From a virus (lineage: Duplodnaviria > Caudoviricetes), in IMG/VR virus record IMGVR_UViG_3300033075_000428, positions 64,001-128,000 of that record: DNA of 64,000 bases; one strand, written 5' to 3'. Made by a program: the position numbers and the translations under genes. Below the pieces are notes generated by a model, which worked only from the letters and a program-made list of their open reading frames with translations, ran no database searches and had not been told where the DNA came from. How positions within the stretch are numbered: position 1 is the stretch's first letter; every line of letters starts with the position of its first letter. Shown here piece by piece: positions 56,378 to 64,000 of the stretch.

Positions 56378-59015
56378 CTTCTTCCTCAGATTCAGAGTTG
56401 AAGTCCTCAGGTGTGAACATCTCTATCTGCGAGTAATCCAAGCACAGAGAGTCGCGAGTGTTCTTGGTGTTTAAGAATGCTTCCCAAAATACAAGGAACT
56501 CAGACGGTGAGATAATCGCTGGGAAAACGTTTCGTATTCCACCGAATATGATGTTCAACCGCCAAGAGACGAAATGAAACTCATCAACAATCTGCTTCCC
56601 AAATTGGGACAGTTTCTGGGAACACTCTGCAATTAACAGTCGTGACCCTTCGTTTCTATTTGACATCTTGTTTGTGAAGTCGAACTGATGAAGGAAGTAA
56701 AGGGAAAAGATTAGCCGCTTGCCCTCGACACTGATTTTCTTTCCACCTTTCTTCAGTTTCAGTGCTTGTTTGACAATAGTTGGAGTTGAGTTCCCAAGAC
56801 GTAACTCAATTGACTCCAAATCCTTTACTAAACTATTAATCAGGTGGAGAGATTTGTCCAGAGTCGGTTTTACCGCACCACCTGTTATCCTGTTGAAGAC
56901 ACCAAGGAATGAGTTACTTCTTCCCCAGTTCAGCAGGAGGAACTCAGCGCACTCTCTGATTAATTCATCAGGAGCATTTGCGAGTTGCTTCAACGCGTAT
57001 TCATGGAGTGACATCGCATTCTTCTGCTTCCGAAGGAACGGGAGCATATGTTTGCGAACACCAACCATCTTGTATCCAGTTATGAATGGAACAAGCTCAT
57101 TGAACGAGTAGAACCGAAGATTCGAAGCATAGCTGTTACCGCAATTTCCAGTGTTACTAGACAAGACTTCACTACAGGTATTGAATATACCACCATCTTT
57201 GTCAAAGTAGTCTCTTGAGTCAAAGTCAATGAAGTCCTTGAATAACTCATCCATTGGGAACGTTACATTGTTGTATGAGAGACAACAATACAGAAATGAG
57301 TTATTGGCAGAGAATGCTTGGATTGTCTCGCTCTGCTTAATCCAGTTACCTGTACTAGAGAGTGAAGAGTAATTGTGATAATCCTTCTGCTCAATAGTTT
57401 TGATACCATTGTGACCTTGTTCTGGTTTCAGTGGACGCATTTCTTCCAACTCAGACAAGTAGAAAAATCTACTCCCATGAAGTTGGTCTAGTGAATAGGT
57501 CTCAATGATTCGGGACAATAGCTCAAAGTTCTGCAATGTCTTGCGACGAACCCATGGATTATTAGGCAGTGTCTCGTCTGGCAGTTCAACAGGGGTGATG
57601 ACGTTCACCATCGTTTGGTTTAACGCCTGATATCCTGGGAGAGTTTTACCATCTTGACGCACTGTCGTGTTTGTTTCCAGAACATGGTTGAACAAGCTTC
57701 GAATACGAGAGATGATGTATCGATTTGAAGTCTTGTCACCGCTTGTTCTACAAAGGTCGTCAACAACATAGAAATTGAACTTCTTCTCTGTAAAGCTAAC
57801 TCGATTTTCATTGACGCTATTCGTCAGAGTCTTCAGGTATTCATCTCTGCACCAGAATTTGGAGAGTGATAATCCACCGTTTCTTTGAAGATAAATTTGA
57901 CTCCATACCTTGTGGTCATTCCATGTTACTTCAGAATTATAGTCGGAGTAAAGGTCAAATAGACCGAAGCTATTGCGATTGTATTCCACAATTGCTTCTT
58001 CAAACGTCGCGCTGTTTGCTACCTTCGATGCTCCAAATTCAACTGCGTCTTGCAGGAAAGTGGTGAGCCTCTCAGTAAGAAACTGAACGACACGGTCTCG
58101 ATATTGAATTGACTCACGAGACGCTGAAATCTGAAAATCACCAATTTGACATTTCAGGACAATTACATAATTGTTGATTAGGTAATTGGTCTGAAGTCTT
58201 TTTCCACTCTTCGTCGTGACGTACTTTGGAATTTCAATCTTACTGTCATCAACGATGTAAGGGATATTCCCCATCACAGCGACAATCAAGTCTCTGTCTG
58301 ACGACAAGAAGTCAGTTAGACCGTCACCATCAAGAATAACCCCCAGTTCATTGCTGAAGATTGGTTCTGAATATTCATCGTACTTTGTGAGAGTTACTGA
58401 GTTAACAATAGGTGGTACATCGAAGAACGCACCAAGCTGTTCTACTGTTTGCTGTAATGTTTTGAAATCAGAAACCTGAACAGGAACACGAATCTCTAGT
58501 CCTGTTTCCTCATCAGTTGGTACTTCAGAAATCTTCGTGATTTTGCCATTCTGTGTCTCATCGATATACGACAAGTACGTTGTTTTCGTACCATCTTTGT
58601 ATGAGACAATGGTAAATGTGTCTGTGTACGCAAACGCCGACTTACTCCCAATGCCAAGGAATCCAGTCTGTGTGTTAGTCTCTCGTTTGGTTGAAGAACC
58701 ATAGTAGGCGAACACTTCCCAAATCTGCTGTTGGTCAAGTGACTTGCCATAGTCACGAATCTTCAACTCAGGGTCAAGTTGGTTCGGTAGTGTGACTTTG
58801 ATTGGTTTATCAGGAGTACCAGCGTCAACGTGTGCGTCGACTGCATTGGTCATGTACTCACGAACAACTGCAAGAATCTTGTTCGAGTACAGCTGGTCTC
58901 TCAGAATGGAGAGGATGTGTGACTGATTATCCTGCTTGATGCCGTATTGAATCTCATCGCCAATCTTTGGCTTCAGATTCGTTGCCACTACGTCATGCTC
59001 AATCACTGCTTTCAT
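56370..59015 (-). CDS. rIIA: RIIA protein (GHKL ATPase N-terminal domain)
   Basis: LYSNKILAVVREY..NA.DAH, IRDYG, YGSSTK, GFLGIGSKS. Confidence 0.9.
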   Translation of the reverse strand: MKAVIEHDVVATNLKPKIGDEIQYGIKQDNQSHILSILRDQLYSNKILAVVREYMTNAVDAHVDAGTPDKPIKVTLPNQLDPELKIRDYGKSLDQQQIWEVFAYYGSSTKRETNTQTGFLGIGSKSAFAYTDTFTIVSYKDGTKTTYLSYIDETQNGKITKISEVPTDEETGLEIRVPVQVSDFKTLQQTVEQLGAFFDVPPIVNSVTLTKYDEYSEPIFSNELGVILDGDGLTDFLSSDRDLIVAVMGNIPYIVDDSKIEIPKYVTTKSGKRLQTNYLINNYVIVLKCQIGDFQISASRESIQYRDRVVQFLTERLTTFLQDAVEFGASKVANSATFEEAIVEYNRNSFGLFDLYSDYNSEVTWNDHKVWSQIYLQRNGGLSLSKFWCRDEYLKTLTNSVNENRVSFTEKKFNFYVVDDLCRTSGDKTSNRYIISRIRSLFNHVLETNTTVRQDGKTLPGYQALNQTMVNVITPVELPDETLPNNPWVRRKTLQNFELLSRIIETYSLDQLHGSRFFYLSELEEMRPLKPEQGHNGIKTIEQKDYHNYSSLSSTGNWIKQSETIQAFSANNSFLYCCLSYNNVTFPMDELFKDFIDFDSRDYFDKDGGIFNTCSEVLSSNTGNCGNSYASNLRFYSFNELVPFITGYKMVGVRKHMLPFLRKQKNAMSLHEYALKQLANAPDELIRECAEFLLLNWGRSNSFLGVFNRITGGAVKPTLDKSLHLINSLVKDLESIELRLGNSTPTIVKQALKLKKGGKKISVEGKRLIFSLYFLHQFDFTNKMSNRNEGSRLLIAECSQKLSQFGKQIVDEFHFVSWRLNIIFGGIRNVFPAIISPSEFLVFWEAFLNTKNTRDSLCLDYSQIEMFTPEDFNSESEEEDD

Positions 59016-59125
59016 CGTTGCTCCCGTGTGTGGTAATTCCTACACAGGATGGAACGTGGGCTCTAGGTTAAGGCTGGTCTATACGGTGATAGAAAGGTAG
59101 ACAGCGGGTCTGAGCTTGATTCTTA

Positions 59126-59611
59126 TCAAGTCGACAAGATTGACCAAAATTCGATTTTGGTACGAGAAAGACCGAAAACCCAGTTCTTATCTTCAAAGTA
59201 AAAGAGTGTTTGAAGATTCTTTGTATCAGCGGCTCTACCCCAAACAGAGATGAGGTATCTTGACTGTTCTCTTGAGAGTTCTTTCAAGAGTTCTTCAAAC
59301 GAAGATACCTTGAAGAATGTGAAAAGCTCAGTCTCAGAGATGAAGAACTTTGGATAGGAGCTATCACCTAAACGTTCGACGGCAAATCCCCAAAAGAAGA
59401 ACGGTATAAACTGACTCTTATGCACCGCACAGTACTTTGAAGACTGGCGCATTGAAGTAACAGGTATCTTCTTAAGGAACTTTATCTTCGTTGCACCTGA
59501 ACTTACTACCTTACCACTCTCAATTACTCCGTTGTCTTCTTGCTTACTCTTCTCTGCCAAACGTTTGTCGGTATTGTAGGTCATTTGTTGTGTCACTATT
59601 GAAGATGTCAT
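59126..59611 (-). CDS. hypothetical protein
   Basis: ATGA overlap. Confidence 0.6.
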   Translation of the reverse strand: MTSSIVTQQMTYNTDKRLAEKSKQEDNGVIESGKVVSSGATKIKFLKKIPVTSMRQSSKYCAVHKSQFIPFFFWGFAVERLGDSSYPKFFISETELFTFFKVSSFEELLKELSREQSRYLISVWGRAADTKNLQTLFYFEDKNWVFGLSRTKIEFWSILST

Positions 59612-60345
59612 TTGGGGAATACCGTGAAAGCTTTATTGGAAAGTACTAAACCAGTAAGACCAGCGCAAGAGTTGATTCGGTCGAATATCAACGGGTCTTC
59701 TGATAGTGACTTATTATAATCATCTTCCTGACAGTAATCAGCGCACAAACAACCGATGATATTTTTCTTCTCGTCAAACAGTGGTGCCAGTATTAGCACT
59801 TCAGTATGAGAGTTCTCAAGAAAATTACGAGCAAATCCAAGCTGGAGTTCACCAGTCAAAATTGTGTAAACCGAATTCACAAAAACGTTCTTCGTTGTTG
59901 TGATTGAATGCTCAACAGCTATTCGACTATTGTTCATTGGTTCAATAGGGAACAAGCATAACATGATGTCCCAGAGTCTGGTAATTGGCACACCTTGAAC
60001 ATTCTGTCCTTGATAGGCGATACCACGTCCACAGACTTCAAACGTATTCGTTATTCTCCAAGCAGAAGAATTTGGTAGGAACGTTCCACCATTGTGGAAT
60101 TGGTAGATGTAAACACGGTCTGCATCAATGACCGCGCGAAGTTCTATCAAGAGGTTGTTAATCTGCTCGTGCTGTGACGTGAATGTCTTCCAAGGAAGTG
60201 CTGGTGCTGAACCCTTTTCCATAGTGCTCTTGGCAAAGAGCTTATAGAGACGTTCACGGAAAAGGCTGACGAGACCGATAAAGATGAATGCAAGTGCAAT
60301 ACCTAAAACATCTTTCGTCTCTTTTACTAGTTCTAATAGTTCCAC
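59608..60345 (-). CDS. TM plus GAF-like domain protein; T4 holin T-like candidate
   Basis: N-terminal TM; ADRVYIYQFHNG...FEV; LAPL...IG.L..DY. Confidence 0.5.
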   Translation of the reverse strand: MELLELVKETKDVLGIALAFIFIGLVSLFRERLYKLFAKSTMEKGSAPALPWKTFTSQHEQINNLLIELRAVIDADRVYIYQFHNGGTFLPNSSAWRITNTFEVCGRGIAYQGQNVQGVPITRLWDIMLCLFPIEPMNNSRIAVEHSITTTKNVFVNSVYTILTGELQLGFARNFLENSHTEVLILAPLFDEKKNIIGCLCADYCQEDDYNKSLSEDPLIFDRINSCAGLTGLVLSNKAFTVFPK

Positions 60346-60371
60346 TGAGACATTTGAATACTAGACAATGC

Positions 60372-60923
60372 TTATTTGTGTTCTTTTATAACGCTAAGAA
60401 TTAGCTTCGAAACGTCAACTACTTTTTGTCGCTGTTCTTTTGTCATCACTGTTACCTTATCCGTTTCTGATAGCTTGTGTAGCTGGTCAGGATTGAATAG
60501 GGAATCCAGCTTGTTCATCAAGTTCTTGACGTTCACATTGTTTGATGTGTTCTCCAAAAATCTGAGGGACTCATTCATAGACGTTTGAATTGACAAGAAT
60601 AGCGGCATGAGCTCTTCATCAGACTTGGAATCGATATTCGCATGGGAATACAATCGAGACTCAATCTTGTCCATTGCGTCAAGCAATCTTGATACCCGTT
60701 GCATCTGCTTGTACACTACAAGTGCCATGAAGCCATTCAGATTACTCTTGAATGAACTCAATAGCTTTTCCATATGCTGCACTTCGCTGACTGTCGCTGG
60801 TTTGCCATTGATATACCCAATGACTTTTCTTAACGAAACAATGTCAACTTCTTCTGGGTCAGCTTGGTGAGTATGTACTGGTAATTGTGGAAGTTGCTCT
60901 TCATTATCATCAATAGTCGTCAT
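60372..60923 (-). CDS. helical protein resembling the N-terminal domain of the dUTPase
   Basis: LLDAMDKIESRL...IDSKSDEELMPLF vs MEELLSAIEGKI...IDKISTESLVEFY. Confidence 0.55.
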   Translation of the reverse strand: MTTIDDNEEQLPQLPVHTHQADPEEVDIVSLRKVIGYINGKPATVSEVQHMEKLLSSFKSNLNGFMALVVYKQMQRVSRLLDAMDKIESRLYSHANIDSKSDEELMPLFLSIQTSMNESLRFLENTSNNVNVKNLMNKLDSLFNPDQLHKLSETDKVTVMTKEQRQKVVDVSKLILSVIKEHK

Positions 60924-61266
60924 CTGTGCTTCCGTTTGTCGAAATTGAAGACTTGTTTACCAGACCAAGCAAAATCTCACTGTTAAGCTCTTTTGTCTTC
61001 CTCATAATGTGTTCAAACGATTCTGAATCAATGCTATTGATTAGCTCTCGTAGAATCAAAAATGAAGAGTAAGAAAGATAAATCTTGCCAAGATTGAATG
61101 CATGTCGCTCACTCTTGGTTGAATCATGCTTCCTTATTACAGCAACACGGCCTGAATCTGGAAACTCTAAAATCTCAAAAATCAAACTCTTGTTGTCATT
61201 GAGAGGTATTGTCTCTTTGAATAAGAGGGTAATGACCTTCTCACGTTGTGCAAAATCTTTGTTCAT
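60910..61266 (-). CDS. hypothetical protein, possibly PC4-like
   Basis: Three beta-strands followed by a helix. Confidence 0.45.
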   Translation of the reverse strand: MNKDFAQREKVITLLFKETIPLNDNKSLIFEILEFPDSGRVAVIRKHDSTKSERHAFNLGKIYLSYSSFLILRELINSIDSESFEHIMRKTKELNSEILLGLVNKSSISTNGSTDDDY

Positions 61267-61337
61267 TGTACAATCCTAGGGTATTATCTGTTACGGTACA
61301 CACTAGGATAAAACGCAATGAAGCCAGATTTTACAGA

Positions 61338-62192
61338 TTACTTGTACCCAGTTGAACCTAGACCACCACGGGACTCTTTTCTGCCAAATGACGGTGACGT
61401 CTGCTCGAGGAATACGACTTCAGGAGAGTTCTTTACGATTGTCATCTGAGCAATTCTACTGCCTTCTTCAATCACAAATACATCCTTGTGCGAGACGTTC
61501 GTGATGATAAGCCACAAGTGGTCATCCTTACCGCAATAGTCCTCATCAATGATACTGACACCAGTTGGGAACGCTAGTCCCTTTGAAGCTAACCCAGAAC
61601 GGATTCGTACTTCATAGTGATAGCCAGGTGGAGTCTGGATGATAAGTCCTGTGTTAATCTTCGCTGTTGACAAATGTGGAATCTCCAATCTCGTTGGAGT
61701 ACAAATGTCATATGCTTCTGACTGTGGTGTTGCCTTCCGAGGCATTGGAATCTGGAACGTGTTGTATATCTTGACGGGTAACGTACCGTCGGGAATCAAC
61801 CCTGTGTCTACTGACTTCGGCAGGAATGATGACTGGGTGATGCTGGCGATTGAACGCTGGTTGATTCGGGAGACAATATCACGAATCATCGCCAGTTCTT
61901 CCATGAACCTATCACTTGATTTACTGTAGAACTCAACAAGACTCTCGGTGGAAATCTTGTCAATGTCCTTTTCAATCTTACCTTCGATTGCAGACAAAAG
62001 TTCTTCCATGGCGGTCAGCTTATCAACCTTGTGATTGATGAGTGCCAGAAAGATGAGATGAATCTTGTCTACTTGATTGTCTAGAACTGAAGCAAATAGT
62101 TCATCTGCATGCTTGAACTCCTTGTCACTCATCGCTCTGAGTTTATCCAAGAAGGAGCTATCCACTACTAGTTGTTTGTCTAATACACCCAT
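61338..62192 (-). CDS. dut: trimeric dUTPase with a ~135-aa N-terminal extension
   Basis: AYDI, RSGLA, IIDEDY.G, RIAQM, RGGLGSTG; AGGAG before MGVLDK. Confidence 0.9.
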   Translation of the reverse strand: MGVLDKQLVVDSSFLDKLRAMSDKEFKHADELFASVLDNQVDKIHLIFLALINHKVDKLTAMEELLSAIEGKIEKDIDKISTESLVEFYSKSSDRFMEELAMIRDIVSRINQRSIASITQSSFLPKSVDTGLIPDGTLPVKIYNTFQIPMPRKATPQSEAYDICTPTRLEIPHLSTAKINTGLIIQTPPGYHYEVRIRSGLASKGLAFPTGVSIIDEDYCGKDDHLWLIITNVSHKDVFVIEEGSRIAQMTIVKNSPEVVFLEQTSPSFGRKESRGGLGSTGYK

Positions 62193-62203
62193 ACTTCTCC
62201 TAG

Positions 62204-63409
62204 TTAACAATTGTCTAAATCAAGCTCTTCATCTTCAATGGGACTTTCATCCTGCCCATTGTTCTCAAGGAAGTTAGCCAGACCTTTTGTAATCAAGTCT
62301 TTGAACATTGGAATGTTCATGTACTTTTGAGCCTGATTGTTCAATGCCTTTCTGACAGTAACTTCTGTGGTGTGGAAGTGACTTGAAAGCTTGTTGATAT
62401 TGAACTCTTTGTTCGTCATTGCATAGAGGAATATCTCGACTTCCTTGTTCATCTTCAGGAAGTCTTTGTGACGGGGTATCGACACAGTCCTTCCACCGAG
62501 TATTGATACCAAGTCAAGTATCTTCTCAGGACCAAACACATAGTACAAATCAGTGAACCCAGGGTACTTGTCTTCGAGTTGGACAAGTTGTAGGAAGAAC
62601 TTGTCTAGTATCACAAGTTGTTCTCCTTCTTTTGTAGACCTTACCGAAATCGGAGAATGCTCTTTCAAGTCTTCTCGTGAAGCCAGCGCAATGGAACAAC
62701 GGAAACAAACAAGAGCCTTTGTATAAAGGCTCAGACACTTCTGCCGAGTGTAGACCCAGTCATTCTCTTTGAAGATTTGAATCACTTCACGAGGCTTCAA
62801 CCGTCCATCATCACAGTTCTGATATAGGGTGATTATCAGATGTGAGATGATTGGCTTTTCTTCTTCAGTGAAGTGCGATGAAAGAGTGCGAATACTATTG
62901 AGAAGCATGGTCTCATTGATTGCGCTCTGCGGGGTGTTGTAATGAAACTCTGAGCTAATCTCGTCTAGGTTTAGCTTCTCACCCTCGATTGAAACCATTG
63001 AGTTTTTGTAGTCATAGAAGTTCTTTCGATAATGAGTATACATGCCAAGAACAATGCGCTTATCAAAGTACGCATACATTCTTTTCTCATTCTCGAAAAT
63101 CAATCTCTTGCTTGATAGGTCATCGATGAGTGTCTCATATGCCCATGAGAATAGCTCTTCAAAGACTTCATTCCCACCTGTATATGAAAACCGCTTGTCA
63201 CTCTTTGAAAGGAAAGAATTGGCAAGCGGTATACAACCTATCTTGATACGTTCGAATGCTTCAGCATCGTTCTGCTTCTGGAATAGCTCATAGTCATCAA
63301 AGAACGTCTTCAAGAACTTGTAGTTCACTTCAATCGAACGGAAGTGCTTCATCACTGTTCTTAGTGACGCGGTCTTTTTCCAGAAAACGATATTGTGTTT
63401 CGTGCTCAA
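62204..63409 (-). CDS. putative transcription factor: sigma-like N-terminal region plus Mor-like C-terminal domain
   Basis: FGPEKILDLVSILGGRTVSIP (Mor-like) and a terminal HTH. Confidence 0.45.
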   Translation of the reverse strand: MSTKHNIVFWKKTASLRTVMKHFRSIEVNYKFLKTFFDDYELFQKQNDAEAFERIKIGCIPLANSFLSKSDKRFSYTGGNEVFEELFSWAYETLIDDLSSKRLIFENEKRMYAYFDKRIVLGMYTHYRKNFYDYKNSMVSIEGEKLNLDEISSEFHYNTPQSAINETMLLNSIRTLSSHFTEEEKPIISHLIITLYQNCDDGRLKPREVIQIFKENDWVYTRQKCLSLYTKALVCFRCSIALASREDLKEHSPISVRSTKEGEQLVILDKFFLQLVQLEDKYPGFTDLYYVFGPEKILDLVSILGGRTVSIPRHKDFLKMNKEVEIFLYAMTNKEFNINKLSSHFHTTEVTVRKALNNQAQKYMNIPMFKDLITKGLANFLENNGQDESPIEDEELDLDNC

Positions 63410-63498
63410 AATGTATTTGGTCTAGTAATAAGAACGAATCAATCTTCTTAAACTACCCAAACACCAAAGTGAGTGTGATGGTAGGCTCACTACATTGA

Positions 63499-64000
63499 TT
63501 ACTTGTCTGTTCTGAGTCTCAAGAATACTCCGAATCGCAAAGCTCCATCCTTCGTAATCTCTTGGAATTCTGCTTCGACAATCTGCCCAATCAACTTGTT
63601 GCCCTTGTGTAGGTACATGTAGTATACACGCTGGGTCTCACTAAATCCTGAACCAACGAAAGAAGTTTCTCCACTTGGACTCTGCAACTCAACGGAACCT
63701 AGAGAGCAAGTGAGCTTCTGTAACTCGCTGACAGGAACTCCAAACTCTTCACTACACTTCTGAATCAACTTGGCGGACGGTGGTTTGCTGAACTTCTTGT
63801 CACCGTCTTTAACTGCAATGATTGGTAGGTCTTCAGTTTGAACTGGTTTGTCCTTAACCCAAAACTCAGAACGAATGTTCTCATATTGGGATGACAAATC
63901 CTTGAACACTGAGCCTTCAAATCCCTGCTTCACAAACTCTCGTGTTGCTGAGATTGCTTCTTCCTTCGTCCTGATTATCTTTTGTTCAACACGAATGACA
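63499..64000 (-). CDS. lig: ATP-dependent DNA ligase, C-terminal part (runs off the window)
   Basis: GFEGSVFK, WVKDK, VGSGFS, LRFGVFLRLR.DK. Confidence 0.9.
   Translation of the reverse strand, partial: VIRVEQKIIRTKEEAISATREFVKQGFEGSVFKDLSSQYENIRSEFWVKDKPVQTEDLPIIAVKDGDKKFSKPPSAKLIQKCSEEFGVPVSELQKLTCSLGSVELQSPSGETSFVGSGFSETQRVYYMYLHKGNKLIGQIVEAEFQEITKDGALRFGVFLRLRTDK

Noticed and set aside
1-64000. Genome-wide TAG recoding (genetic code 15) suggested by the CUA tRNA
   Set aside because: Genes tile densely under code 11, long genes have no in-frame TAG, and several TAG stops are followed directly by the next gene or a second stop.

Overview
This window is a segment of a large, T4-like-architecture dsDNA phage genome (probably a jumbo phage). 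It is read in the standard code, mostly on the minus strand, with a plus-strand block at about 24.9-34.1 kb. Recognisable core genes: gp20-like portal, large terminase interrupted by a 424-aa HNH intein, rIIA/rIIB, a UvrD-like helicase, ClpP, dUTPase, the C-terminal part of an ATP-dependent DNA ligase, tail-fibre/adhesin genes, and candidate holin/spanins. RNA genes: a tmRNA and three tRNAs (CUA amber suppressor, Lys-UUU, CAU). The most interesting structure is at 41.5-42.8 kb. An amber-suppressor tRNA is flanked by two short UAG-containing leader ORFs. The upstream one ends in a cluster of UAGs in all three frames just before an intrinsic terminator. The downstream one reads MNFFT-UAG-NSTRDPP... 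and precedes a two-gene operon ending in a Pth2-like peptidyl-tRNA hydrolase. This looks like an amber-readthrough-controlled switch. Other highlights: (1) about 15 genes, mostly next to the portal, carry one of two shared leader peptides on unrelated cargo domains (candidate capsid-targeting/protein-injection system); (2) a ~1 kb non-coding region has seven palindromes and a 196-nt stretch with no CA/TG dinucleotide; (3) a strand-tracking CGTTYT promoter-like motif; (4) an MRY minigene leader. All functional calls come from motif recognition by eye; no database searches were run.
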